A stretch of 64,000 bases of DNA, from positions 25,854 to 89,853 of IMG/VR virus record IMGVR_UViG_3300044859_002168. One strand, given 5' to 3'. Shown here one piece after another: positions 39,584 to 49,283 of the stretch (positions within the stretch are counted from its first letter, which is position 1; each line of letters opens with the position of its first letter). This DNA is from a virus. Position numbers and translations under genes: made by a program. The notes under the pieces are model-generated. The model was given only the letters and a program-made list of their open reading frames with translations. It had not been told where the DNA came from and did no database searches.

Positions 39584-40160
39584 AATCTTCAGGTGCTTGT
39601 TTTCTTGCTGCCAATACTTTAGACCACTTGGATTTAAACTTTTCATAAAAAGTCTTCAACTTATTAATCATCTCTAAAGTTGAATCGTCAATTTTTAACA
39701 TGTCACCATTGATATAGATTCCACTGTCTTCCCCAATAGTATAAATGAACTCAACGTCACTGTCAATGATTTTACCTGACCATTCCACCGTGTTCGGATA
39801 AACATTCAATTGATTGAAATCAACCAAGTCAGATACTTCTTCAGTGAATTCATCAATGGTGTCTTGGAATGCAACTTTATCATCCGAAGTAATATCGGTT
39901 TCAGATTTTGTTTTACCATGAATCGCCATTATTGAACCAGAAATTTTATATCTCTGTACAAAATTAGTTTCTTCTTCCTCACCTCTGTTTTTTGGTTTTT
40001 CAATGGCGGTTTCAAATGTGTTATCATCAATACTTGCTTCAATGTCAGCTGCAACATTTATTGGCCCAAGTTTTTCGGCGTTAAGTTGTTCATTGATTAG
40101 TCTTGCTCTTTTGACTAAATCTTTAATAGAGTCATACCTCTCGTTCATATAATTGTTCAT
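39576..40160 (-). CDS. hypothetical protein
   Basis: 194 aa ORF. Confidence 0.75.
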   Translation of the reverse strand: MNNYMNERYDSIKDLVKRARLINEQLNAEKLGPINVAADIEASIDDNTFETAIEKPKNRGEEEETNFVQRYKISGSIMAIHGKTKSETDITSDDKVAFQDTIDEFTEEVSDLVDFNQLNVYPNTVEWSGKIIDSDVEFIYTIGEDSGIYINGDMLKIDDSTLEMINKLKTFYEKFKSKWSKVLAARKQAPEDYD

Positions 40161-40749
40161 TTTCTAGTTCTTTTTTAAAGGTATCAAAATCAAATGCAGG
40201 ACTAACATCTGTATATCTTTGATGGTAATTACTTCTTGTTGTTACACCTTGAAATAATTCTATACCGTCAACTTTTACATTGTGTCCCACGAATTTATTA
40301 GGAATTTCCAAATCTTTACACAACGTCTTACATAACTGAGCTGTTTTAATAATCTGCTCGTTTGTATATGGTTGCCAAAAATTATAATCTCTCCATTTTT
40401 TTTCGTAAACCTCTTGTTTATAAATATTACCAAACCAATTAAGGTAAAAAGATGATAATGGTTTTTTATTTAACCAACCCAAATTTTCAAGGACAATTGA
40501 AATCCCCCCACTTTTCATTGAATTTTCTGAAAAGAATTCTGAACTGTATTTCGGATTTAACAACTCATAAATTACACCTTCCTGTGAAATTACATAGTTA
40601 GGTATCTTTTTATACTTACCATTATACCTAAATTTAAGAGAGGTCAAGTATTCACCGACCTCCCTTGAAGTATGACAAAGAATTATTTGTCTTTTTTTCT
40701 TGGGTTTACCAAACCCTTTAAAATTACCATATTTGATAATATCAACCAT
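40132..40749 (-). CDS. N-acetylmuramoyl-L-alanine amidase-like protein (Amidase_2)
   Basis: IILCHT, NYVISQEG.IY, ISIVLEN, YTNEQI, TDVSPAFD; some Zn ligands appear degenerate. Confidence 0.7.
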   Translation of the reverse strand: MVDIIKYGNFKGFGKPKKKRQIILCHTSREVGEYLTSLKFRYNGKYKKIPNYVISQEGVIYELLNPKYSSEFFSENSMKSGGISIVLENLGWLNKKPLSSFYLNWFGNIYKQEVYEKKWRDYNFWQPYTNEQIIKTAQLCKTLCKDLEIPNKFVGHNVKVDGIELFQGVTTRSNYHQRYTDVSPAFDFDTFKKELENEQLYEREV

Positions 40750-41452
40750 TTCTACCAGTATATCTTAATACTTTTTTCTCAGGTTGTGTAATGTTTTCAT
40801 CTTCTTCCTCTGTTAATACAGAAAACTTATTGGATGTGATATGTTGTAATACATCCTCAAGTTTTTCTAAATCTTCAGGTGTTGGGTTAATTTTTTCAGG
40901 TTCTTCATTCAATAATTCACCTTCCTTCTTACCAGCATCTTTAGAAATTTTCTCAATATCAACATCTTCTATTGGGTTAACATTGTTTTTTCCTGACTCT
41001 TCAAACTTGACTAACATATGTAGGAATGATAATGAAATAAGTGGTAACATACCACCGGAAAACAACGCTAAGAATCTTTTATGTGAAACCATACTACCTG
41101 ATTCAACACCAATATAAGAAACTATTGGGTCAACCATCTCTACCCAACTTTGGAATGACGCTGAGTTAATATCTATGTACTGATAAGCAAAGAAGATATT
41201 ACCTAAGAACTGAATTAACGTAACAATACCAAATGGGAAATATACTTTATTTCCCATCTGTGCCGATATTGCCGCAAGAGCCGCTAATGCCGCAATTTCA
41301 ATACCAACTGACAAATATATTGCCCAACTAATTGGGTTTGTTATACCATACCAAGTTGTTACGTGAGATATTGAAACAAACGCAACTGTTAATATTGGTA
41401 CTAAAAACGCAATATAGATTATGGTTTTAAATTTTTTCTGAAACCAATTCAT
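40742..41452 (-). CDS. multi-pass membrane protein
   Basis: About four TM helices and an acidic tail; adjacent to the amidase (possible holin). Confidence 0.7.
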   Translation of the reverse strand: MNWFQKKFKTIIYIAFLVPILTVAFVSISHVTTWYGITNPISWAIYLSVGIEIAALAALAAISAQMGNKVYFPFGIVTLIQFLGNIFFAYQYIDINSASFQSWVEMVDPIVSYIGVESGSMVSHKRFLALFSGGMLPLISLSFLHMLVKFEESGKNNVNPIEDVDIEKISKDAGKKEGELLNEEPEKINPTPEDLEKLEDVLQHITSNKFSVLTEEEDENITQPEKKVLRYTGRNG

Positions 41453-41456
41453 TTAT

Positions 41457-41711
41457 TTATTTTTTGCTTTTTAATGCGTTTACTGAAATCTTTTCTTTGT
41501 CTGAAATTTCTTCAATTCTAAGACTTTCCCACATTACGGTGGTTTCAAAAACATTTTGAACGTCTTGCTTAGTCATCAATGAATCTTCAAGAACTTGAAC
41601 TCTCTTACCTAATTTAGATAGTTCTCTTGAGTCCCCACAACTTTTGAATAAACCTAATACTGCAATCACTAAAACGATTACGGTGAAGTTCTTTTTGATA
41701 AATTCTTTCAT
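41457..41711 (-). CDS. small membrane-anchored protein, possibly a lipoprotein
   Basis: Hydrophobic N-terminus ending LFKSC; TATTTAT at 41725-41731. Confidence 0.6.
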   Translation of the reverse strand: MKEFIKKNFTVIVLVIAVLGLFKSCGDSRELSKLGKRVQVLEDSLMTKQDVQNVFETTVMWESLRIEEISDKEKISVNALKSKK

Positions 41712-41731
41712 AGTTTTTTTATTAATAAATA

Positions 41732-42532
41732 TTATAGATACTCAAACAGGTCGTTGGACTCATTACGGAGTTTACGCAATGCCTTTTCCTTGATTTGTCG
41801 TACACGTTCTTTTGTCAATTTGAAGTCATTACCAATATCCTCTAAAGTTCTTGTTTGACCTGACAAACCAAAGTAATCTTCAATAATAATTTTTTCTCTA
41901 TCATCCAAGATTCCCAAAATTTCTTTTAATTTCTCTTTGAGTATTTCCTTTGTGTCAAATACTGAGTCAGGTAATTCCGCATCAGGATTCTTAATCAAAT
42001 CCAATAACGTATCACCTTCTTCATTTAGAGGTGCATCATAATTTATTGTCGTTGGGAGATTAACAAATTTATCAGGTAAATCCGCTCCGTTTTTTTCAAT
42101 TTCTTTCTTGGCCTTCTGAAGTTCTTGTACGACGTTAACCGGAAGTCGGATAGTACGAGCATTTTCATTCAAAGATTGAAGAATTGATTGACGAATCCAC
42201 CAAACTGCGTATGAAATAAAACGTAGTTCTTTAGTCCAATCAAAATTCTTAACCGCCTTTAATAGTCCCAAATTACCCTCAGCAATCAAATCTGATAATT
42301 CAAGACCTTGGTTTTGATACTGTTTAGCAACAGTTATAACAAATCTCAAATTACCAATTAAAAGTTCCTGTTCAATTTGTTTCTTTTCTGATTCTGTAAT
42401 ATTATCCGATAGGATTTTTTGAGCTAATGTACGCTCTCTCTCAACTGTCATAACTTTAATCTTGCGAATATCTTTAAGATATGTCGCAATTTCTTCTTGA
42501 TTAATTGGGATTGTAGATAGTTTGTCTTTCAT
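41732..42532 (-). CDS. RNA polymerase sigma factor, RpoD/SigA family (no region 1.1)
   Basis: NLRFVITVAKQYQNQG, DLIAEGNLGL, FISYAVWWIRQSI, LTKERVRQIKEKALRKLR. Confidence 0.92.
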   Translation of the reverse strand: MKDKLSTIPINQEEIATYLKDIRKIKVMTVERERTLAQKILSDNITESEKKQIEQELLIGNLRFVITVAKQYQNQGLELSDLIAEGNLGLLKAVKNFDWTKELRFISYAVWWIRQSILQSLNENARTIRLPVNVVQELQKAKKEIEKNGADLPDKFVNLPTTINYDAPLNEEGDTLLDLIKNPDAELPDSVFDTKEILKEKLKEILGILDDREKIIIEDYFGLSGQTRTLEDIGNDFKLTKERVRQIKEKALRKLRNESNDLFEYL

Positions 42533-42533
42533 G

Positions 42534-43070
42534 TTATTTAGATAGTTTTTGTAGTAATTTTTTTTCGTTTTCAGTTAAAGAGTTAAGACCAAATTCTGTG
42601 ATTTTATCCAATAGGTCATCCAAAGATAGTGTATTCTTTTTAGATTTTTGAATAATTGTTTTAATTTCATCCTCATCATCATCGTCATCATCCTCTTCCA
42701 TCATGTCCATCATCTCCTGTTGTAGTTTTTCAAAACCACTATACATTTTAACAGTATCGGGTTGAACATTGGAGTTTTCAATCTCTTGTTCTAAATCCGT
42801 TAAATGACTTACAAAGTCATTATCGGCAAGTATGGTAACATTTTCCGAAGGTGAGACTATAACCATATCAACTTGATTATTTAAAACATCTTTAATGTAA
42901 CTAGTGATATAGTCTAAATCCCAGTCAGATTCAAAATGTGATATAATAAAAGTATCTGATTTTGAAATTTTCAACTCTTTTGAGCTAACCATAGGTGCGA
43001 GACAAATATTAATTGCCCTAACTTTATCACTGTCTTGGAAATCACCAAACATTGTAATTAAATAATTCAT
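42534..43070 (-). CDS. hypothetical protein with acidic tract and LDDLLDKI...GLNSLT C-terminus
   Basis: ORF; TACCTTTG promoter at 43089-43096. Confidence 0.75.
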   Translation of the reverse strand: MNYLITMFGDFQDSDKVRAINICLAPMVSSKELKISKSDTFIISHFESDWDLDYITSYIKDVLNNQVDMVIVSPSENVTILADNDFVSHLTDLEQEIENSNVQPDTVKMYSGFEKLQQEMMDMMEEDDDDDDEDEIKTIIQKSKKNTLSLDDLLDKITEFGLNSLTENEKKLLQKLSK

Positions 43071-43122
43071 ATGTCTTTTTATTTACCACAAAGGTAATAC
43101 CAAAACGTCACTATTTCCAAAC

Positions 43123-43650
43123 CTACTTGTGAAAAATCCAACAATTATCCATAATCATCTTGTCAGGAAACTTTTCATCTACCGCCCTAACTACACCTGG
43201 CCAGTCATTTTCATAGTCATGTCCGGCCAACAATCCACCCTTCTTAACTTTTGGTAACCAAAGTTCAATGTCCTGTTTGACAGATTCATAGGTATGTGTT
43301 AAATCTATAAAAACAACATCAAGACTTTCATCTTCAAATTGATTCACAACTTCAGATGAAAGTCCACGGATAGATTTGTAACTTCTTTCCCCCATGTTTT
43401 TTTTGAAAACTTCATAGATATCAACTTGGGTTGCCAATTGGTGTGTTGATGTTAATTCGTTGGGAGAACCTTTCCACGAATCAATTATAATTACATTCCT
43501 ATCAACAGCATAGTCTACCAAATATGATGACGATTTACCTAACCATGCGCCAAGTTCAACAATAGTTCCACCTTCAGGACAGTTCTCAATCAGGTAATCA
43601 TATGTTGTTAAATGGTTGAACCAACCTTGTATATCTTTGTAAGTTTTCAT
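43123..43650 (-). CDS. class I SAM methyltransferase (Methyltransf_24-like)
   Basis: VELGAWLGKS, LDVVFID..HTY, KKGGLLAGHDY. Confidence 0.85.
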   Translation of the reverse strand: MKTYKDIQGWFNHLTTYDYLIENCPEGGTIVELGAWLGKSSSYLVDYAVDRNVIIIDSWKGSPNELTSTHQLATQVDIYEVFKKNMGERSYKSIRGLSSEVVNQFEDESLDVVFIDLTHTYESVKQDIELWLPKVKKGGLLAGHDYENDWPGVVRAVDEKFPDKMIMDNCWIFHK

Positions 43651-46022
43651 TATTGTATTACTTTAGATATATTTTCTTCTTTCTTAATCCTCACAACACT
43701 ATCCGCCCAATTAGTAACCAAGGGATTGTGAGTAATAACAAATATTTTTTCAAAGTATTCTTTAATCTTACCGAAGAATTCACCAACAAGTTCAAGGTTG
43801 TCGTTTGAAATTTTTCCAAACACCTCATCCCAAACAATGATATTTGGTTTTGGTAATGAACATATCTTGCTCAACACGGCTCTCAGTGCCATGCTCGCAA
43901 TTGTTCTTTCATAACCTGAACCTGATGACATCAACTTTTCAATACCTGTTGAATTGTCAATCATGATAAACTCAACTTCATTCTTGTCGTTGATTCTAAT
44001 CTCCAAATTAAAGTAACAAGAATCTTGTAACAATCTTTGAAGTTCTTGATTAATCAATGGCATCATGGTTTTCATGATGATTTTTGAAATACCGTTCTTA
44101 CCAAACAATTCCAAGTAGATTTTATAAATCTTTTCCTTCTCAAATTCAACTTTAATCTTTTCAATTATTTCAGAATTTGTTTGAATCTTGGCCGTTGCTG
44201 AATTAATATCATTGCTGTTATTGGTTTGAGCCCTTTCAAGTTCTCTCTTTCGGTTAATCAATTCATCAATACGTAATTGAGCCTTAATAATCTTTGCCTC
44301 AAGTTCTTGGTTCTTCTTAATCTTTTCTTGAGACTCAATATATCTTTTAAGCACATCTTGTTTTTTCTCAAGTTTAAGTTTTTCAGCTTCTAATCCAACC
44401 TCAAATTTTTCCTTGATAAGTTTGTTACGTTCATACTCATCAAAGTCTTTTTTGAGTTGTGTATAGGATTTTTCTTTGGAGTCAAGGTCTTTCCATTGTT
44501 TTGATAACTTATCAACCTTCTTCTCCCAATCACTTAATTCATCAATCTTTTTCTTTGTCAACGCGGCCTCCATCAATTTGATTCCACAGTGCTCACATTG
44601 AATTCCATCTCCAAACTTCTTAACCAATTCTTCAATATCTTCAACTTTTTTCTGAGCAAGAATGAGTTCACCGTTTGTGGTTTTCATCCCATCTTTAATC
44701 TCATCATGTTTGTCCTCATGATAGTATGATGTGGGTTCCTTAATAATAACACCATTGATTTGGATTTTAATTTTTTCACATTCCCTTTCTGAGTTTGAAA
44801 TTTCACTCTGTATGTTGATTGGATTTAAACCCAAAAGCTCTTTGTCTATGTCAGAGTATTTCGCATTTAACAAACCGTCTTTATATTCTTGGCCAGTTGA
44901 TAATCTTTCGGTAACATCAACAATTTCCTTTTCAACATCAACATTAGTCTGTTGAAGGGTGATGATTTTTTCTTTCAACAAATCAATATCACCCTTTAAT
45001 GTCTCAGTATTGTAGACGTTAGACATCATACTTTTGGTAAAGGTAGAAACAATTTCTTTACCCGTTTCTTCCTTTATTTTCAAGAATTCAAGACCCATAA
45101 ACCTACTCAGGACTTGTCCACGAGCAGTTGGTTTAGAATCAATGAGTTCCTCCAAATTAGTAGATGTTGTTAAAATAGTCATCAAAAAGTCATCCATCTC
45201 ACCAATAGAATTCTTAATAAACTTCTCAGTTTCTCTTCTTTGTTCTCCTGTGAAGTTTTGGTAAGAACCATCCCCCAATTTTTTTAAGAAGTCCAATTCA
45301 GTTTTGACATTCCAATCACCAGACTTAGACTTCTTTCTTTCAATTGTACGAGATACCACATACTCATCACCATCAATAACGATGTCACCCCTAACCTGTA
45401 CTTTGTTAGAGTCACGAAACCTATTGAAAATTTCTTCCGATTTCTGTGTTTTAGTTGTGGTGTTAAAGAATAGGAACATCAATAAGTCCACAGTTAAAAC
45501 TGTTTTACCACCAAAGTTCGGTGGGTCTGATTCCACAACAGTTATACCGTTACACTTCTCAAAGTCCAACACTTGATTGTCACCATAACTCAAAAAGTTA
45601 GAGAAGTGAATCTTCTTAATATACCATTTTTGAAATGGTGTAACCTCAACATTCTGTTGAATTAACTTATTCTCAACCGCCTCATCAATCTTTACGATGT
45701 CATCATACTTGTCACCACTACCCTTACTCTCCAAGAAAGATTTCATCAACTCACGTTGATAGTTCTTATCCATAATGTTAAATGAAACATCCACAGTTTG
45801 TTGTCCTGTTTCAGTTTGTTTTGACTTGGTAATGACATTAACATTTAATGAATTGTATTTCTTTTGGAAATAAGTCTTCACACTCTTGATTCTCTCTTGA
45901 GTGAGGTTTTCAGGTGCGTCTTCCCAAACAACCTGAACGTAGGGATTTTCGTATTCTTCTAATTTTATTCTTTCTGACATAGTAGTTAAATCGTAATTAA
46001 TTGGTGGATTAAATAAGTCCAT
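43650..46022 (-). CDS. sbcC: SbcC/Rad50 (T4 gp46-like) ATPase with N-terminal extension
   Basis: FSNFLSYG, Walker A PPNFGGKT, zinc hook CEHC, SGYE signature, Walker B IVWDE, ITH. Confidence 0.88.
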   Translation of the reverse strand: MDLFNPPINYDLTTMSERIKLEEYENPYVQVVWEDAPENLTQERIKSVKTYFQKKYNSLNVNVITKSKQTETGQQTVDVSFNIMDKNYQRELMKSFLESKGSGDKYDDIVKIDEAVENKLIQQNVEVTPFQKWYIKKIHFSNFLSYGDNQVLDFEKCNGITVVESDPPNFGGKTVLTVDLLMFLFFNTTTKTQKSEEIFNRFRDSNKVQVRGDIVIDGDEYVVSRTIERKKSKSGDWNVKTELDFLKKLGDGSYQNFTGEQRRETEKFIKNSIGEMDDFLMTILTTSTNLEELIDSKPTARGQVLSRFMGLEFLKIKEETGKEIVSTFTKSMMSNVYNTETLKGDIDLLKEKIITLQQTNVDVEKEIVDVTERLSTGQEYKDGLLNAKYSDIDKELLGLNPINIQSEISNSERECEKIKIQINGVIIKEPTSYYHEDKHDEIKDGMKTTNGELILAQKKVEDIEELVKKFGDGIQCEHCGIKLMEAALTKKKIDELSDWEKKVDKLSKQWKDLDSKEKSYTQLKKDFDEYERNKLIKEKFEVGLEAEKLKLEKKQDVLKRYIESQEKIKKNQELEAKIIKAQLRIDELINRKRELERAQTNNSNDINSATAKIQTNSEIIEKIKVEFEKEKIYKIYLELFGKNGISKIIMKTMMPLINQELQRLLQDSCYFNLEIRINDKNEVEFIMIDNSTGIEKLMSSGSGYERTIASMALRAVLSKICSLPKPNIIVWDEVFGKISNDNLELVGEFFGKIKEYFEKIFVITHNPLVTNWADSVVRIKKEENISKVIQ

Positions 46023-46026
46023 AACA

Positions 46027-46212
46027 TTATTGTCCTGACATCACAAATCCTGTGTTTTCTTCTGTGGTACCTGTTGAAGCCTGTTCTCTTAGGTCTTCCA
46101 AATACTTTTTCAATTGCTCATTGTAAAGTTTTTCATAGGTACGTTGAGCACCTTTGATTTTTTGGTTGCGAGCAGCAACTTTTTTCCTGTGTTCTTTTTC
46201 TCTTTTTCCCAT
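46027..46212 (-). CDS. small basic hypothetical protein
   Basis: ATG at 46212 (MGKREKEHRK). Confidence 0.6.
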   Translation of the reverse strand: MGKREKEHRKKVAARNQKIKGAQRTYEKLYNEQLKKYLEDLREQASTGTTEENTGFVMSGQ

Positions 46213-46213
46213 T

Positions 46214-46534
46214 TTATTTTTTGTTTTCAAACCATTCAATGATTGAGTTCACCGCCCATACGCCTCCTGAAGCTAATAGTCCGTCAAAGAACCATGAAAT
46301 CCATGTTGGCATGTCATACAAGAAACTTGTAGGTGAAAATACGGTTAGACCCAAGAAGAATCCAACCCATGTTGATGTACACATCATACAAGAGATAAGA
46401 CCTGAGACGAATTTCAAAATTGGTGAAAGTTCCGCCCAAGCGTGAATCCATTGTCTTTGTGTGTCAAAGATAGAACCGTAAACCAAAATTTGGCTCAGTC
46501 CATACGCTAAAATAATCCAAGTGAATATTATCAT
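46214..46534 (-). CDS. membrane protein, DUF1360-like
   Basis: TM helices with LISCMMCTSTWVG. Confidence 0.65.
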   Translation of the reverse strand: MIIFTWIILAYGLSQILVYGSIFDTQRQWIHAWAELSPILKFVSGLISCMMCTSTWVGFFLGLTVFSPTSFLYDMPTWISWFFDGLLASGGVWAVNSIIEWFENKK

Positions 46535-46537
46535 AAT

Positions 46538-47389
46538 TTATTTATAAAGTTTATTGTCCAAGTTAGAACCTTTTAAATATAAGGCTTTTTGGTCTTGTTG
46601 TAACTTGTTTAGTTCGTTAATTTTACTTTTTAATTCAGAAATTTCAACATCTCTATCAATTACTTGTTGCCGAATTTTTTGTAAGGTATCTTGAAGTTTA
46701 TTTGTGTTATCAGGTTTGTCTGTTTTTTGTTTAAGTTCATCTAAAGAATGTCTAAGTTCATCTAGTTCTTCAACCTTTTTAGACATTCTATTTTGGAAAA
46801 TATTCTCGTTTTCAGTGGTTATAGTGGAAAATTTTTGTCTTAATGACTCAATTTCACTCTCTTTAGTGGAAAATTTTTGTCTAAGTTCATCTAGTTCTAA
46901 ACTACTTTTAGACATTTCAGTTTCCAACTGTTGTATTTTTGACAACAGTTCGTTTACCTCTTTATCATCAGTCACATAGACTTCCCGTTCAACTACTCGG
47001 TCTACCGGAATTTCTTTGATGACTTCCTTGATAACAACTTTCTCAACCGGTATTTCTTTAGTAATTTCAACAATCTTTTCAACCACTTTTTCAACCGGAA
47101 CTTCTTTGATGATTTCTTTTTCAACTATAATTTCAATTATTTTTTCAACCTCTCTAATAACCTCAACGGGCACTTCCACTCGTATTTCTTTTATTACCTC
47201 TTTTTCCACCCATTTTTCTTGAACTCCGCCCGTTTTACTCAACAATCCATACTTTTCAATATGGTAACCTTGTTTGAATGAATCCTTTATTAAAGTATCA
47301 ATATCCAAACCATTTAGAGCACAGAAGGATTCTAAGTCTTTTAACTCTTCCTTAGTTAATACTATCCCCTTCTCTACCCCAAAACTCAT
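46538..47389 (-). CDS. VPV/IEK repeat plus coiled-coil protein
   Basis: EVPVEVIREVEKIIE...KEVPVEKVVEKIVE repeats, then a long coiled coil. Confidence 0.75.
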   Translation of the reverse strand: MSFGVEKGIVLTKEELKDLESFCALNGLDIDTLIKDSFKQGYHIEKYGLLSKTGGVQEKWVEKEVIKEIRVEVPVEVIREVEKIIEIIVEKEIIKEVPVEKVVEKIVEITKEIPVEKVVIKEVIKEIPVDRVVEREVYVTDDKEVNELLSKIQQLETEMSKSSLELDELRQKFSTKESEIESLRQKFSTITTENENIFQNRMSKKVEELDELRHSLDELKQKTDKPDNTNKLQDTLQKIRQQVIDRDVEISELKSKINELNKLQQDQKALYLKGSNLDNKLYK

Positions 47390-48168
47390 TATACGTTTGC
47401 CAATTTTTCCTTACCTGTCTCTAAGTCCTCATAAGAAGATATCTTGAAAGACAAGAAAGGTTTTGGGTTTGGTAAATCAATGAAAATGTATTTGTCCTCC
47501 AAAACATCATAAATACCGTACCCATGTTTGTCTAACGTTTCCCCAAAGTTTTGTTGAATCGTTGAACCAACCATGTAAGCTTTCTTTTTGCCGGGAATAT
47601 CAAATACCTGACGTTTATGGATGTCACCACATAGAACCAAATCCAAACCTGAGAAATTATTACTATCAAACCCATCTTCAAATTTGTAACCAATGTCTGT
47701 TGAAAGCCCGATAACAGGTCCATGAAATAATCCAATCTTAACCCTATCAGTTTGAGGAATCTCAGGTTTAATGTTGTGGTCCATAAGCGAATAAACCACC
47801 CACTCAATGTTCTCATCTTCGTAAGAACCTCTGTTTTTATAGTAGACAATGTTTTCATTTTTAAGTGAATCAATAATTGGTGACAAAGCATCCAACCTTG
47901 ATTGGTTATTTTCAAGGAAGTCGTGGTTACCAATAATTAGAACGGTTTTAGTAATTGATGCACATTCGGTTAAAATCCAAGCAACAAACTCTACCAATTC
48001 AGGTGTCATTTGATTCTTAGAATGTACCAAATCACCAGTGAAAACAATACGGTCAGGTTTCAACGCTTTCCACTCACTTAAAGCTTGTGTCAAGATTTGT
48101 TTATACAAGTCGTGGTCTTTGAATAGACGCACGTGTAAATCCGAAAAGTGAACTAATCTTTTTATCAT
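47389..48168 (-). CDS. sbcD: SbcD/Mre11-like metallophosphoesterase
   Basis: SDLH, TGDL, GNHD, FHG, GDIH; ATG at 48168. Confidence 0.85.
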   Translation of the reverse strand: MIKRLVHFSDLHVRLFKDHDLYKQILTQALSEWKALKPDRIVFTGDLVHSKNQMTPELVEFVAWILTECASITKTVLIIGNHDFLENNQSRLDALSPIIDSLKNENIVYYKNRGSYEDENIEWVVYSLMDHNIKPEIPQTDRVKIGLFHGPVIGLSTDIGYKFEDGFDSNNFSGLDLVLCGDIHKRQVFDIPGKKKAYMVGSTIQQNFGETLDKHGYGIYDVLEDKYIFIDLPNPKPFLSFKISSYEDLETGKEKLANV

Positions 48169-48371
48169 TCGGGCATTGCAAATTCTGAGTTTATGTGACC
48201 ACAACTGTCACACTTATAGATTGGGAACGGAACAATTCCGTCGTTCATTGAACCAGTCATAAGTTTAGACACTTTTTTGAATTGGAATGCTTCAACAAAA
48301 GTGGTGTTTTCACACTGTTCACAATTAAGTGTTTCAGCGTCTTTTAGATTTATAGTTAATTTTTGTTCCAT
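48165..48371 (-). CDS. zinc-ribbon protein
   Basis: CEQC...CDSCGH. Confidence 0.7.
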   Translation of the reverse strand: MEQKLTINLKDAETLNCEQCENTTFVEAFQFKKVSKLMTGSMNDGIVPFPIYKCDSCGHINSEFAMPE

Positions 48372-48375
48372 ATTA

Positions 48376-49248
48376 TTAGAAATTTTCAATTTTTGTTATC
48401 ATTTGTTTCATAACTCGTTCAATCATATTGATAACGTCATCTTGGTTATCACCATCGTGTCGTTTTACGATTTTCAAATCTTGTTTAAGTTCTTCCAAAT
48501 CCAAGTTTTTAATAAGTCCAATCTTCTTATCAACGTTGTTCTTAGCTTTACGATATTGGAACTTGTTAAGTGCTTCAACACGATACATAAACATGAACTT
48601 AGTTAAGTCTTCATAATCCCACCCATTTTTGTTAACCAAGTTATCTTCAATAGAGTTGTCTACCTGATTGTAAATTTGAACAGTACCACCAAGGGGATTT
48701 TGAGTTTCTTCAGTAAAGAACGCCAACTTATTATAGTTACTATTCTTTTGCTCACCTTTTCTAATTAGATATGCCAAGAAACCATTTTTGGTATATCTGG
48801 CAAAAGAAAAATTATCAGTTTTTGCCGCGGTACACCACCTCGTATTAGAACCGTATTTCAAGGAACCTGTTCTAGTTAGAGGTTCTAAAAACAAATATTT
48901 TTTATCCTCATAGAGAACTCGTATGTGTTCATCACGATTGAACTCAGAATCAAATTTTTTTTCTTTAGCAGTTTCAACAACATACAATAATGTTTCCAAA
49001 GATTTGTATTTCATGTCATACAAATCTTTTTCTTCAATCAAATGAATGTGTGATTCAAAATCTTTTACCGCTTCAATAATATCTTTACTACTGTAGGTTA
49101 AATTTTCCATTTTTCTAATAACCCACATACTACAAAAGTATTTTAAATACTTCGTGGTTTGAGTATTGTCCGCATTGGAAAACTTATTAAACATCGCCTT
49201 TCCAATCTGCGTTTCATATTGTTGTCTTAATTCATCTCTTTTAGACAT
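48376..49248 (-). CDS. WCT-motif domain protein (no LRR)
   Basis: SLKYGSNTRWCTAA, related to 27755-30525. Confidence 0.7.
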   Translation of the reverse strand: MSKRDELRQQYETQIGKAMFNKFSNADNTQTTKYLKYFCSMWVIRKMENLTYSSKDIIEAVKDFESHIHLIEEKDLYDMKYKSLETLLYVVETAKEKKFDSEFNRDEHIRVLYEDKKYLFLEPLTRTGSLKYGSNTRWCTAAKTDNFSFARYTKNGFLAYLIRKGEQKNSNYNKLAFFTEETQNPLGGTVQIYNQVDNSIEDNLVNKNGWDYEDLTKFMFMYRVEALNKFQYRKAKNNVDKKIGLIKNLDLEELKQDLKIVKRHDGDNQDDVINMIERVMKQMITKIENF

Positions 49249-49283
49249 AATTTGATTTTTTAAAAAATATACAAAACTTTTTT

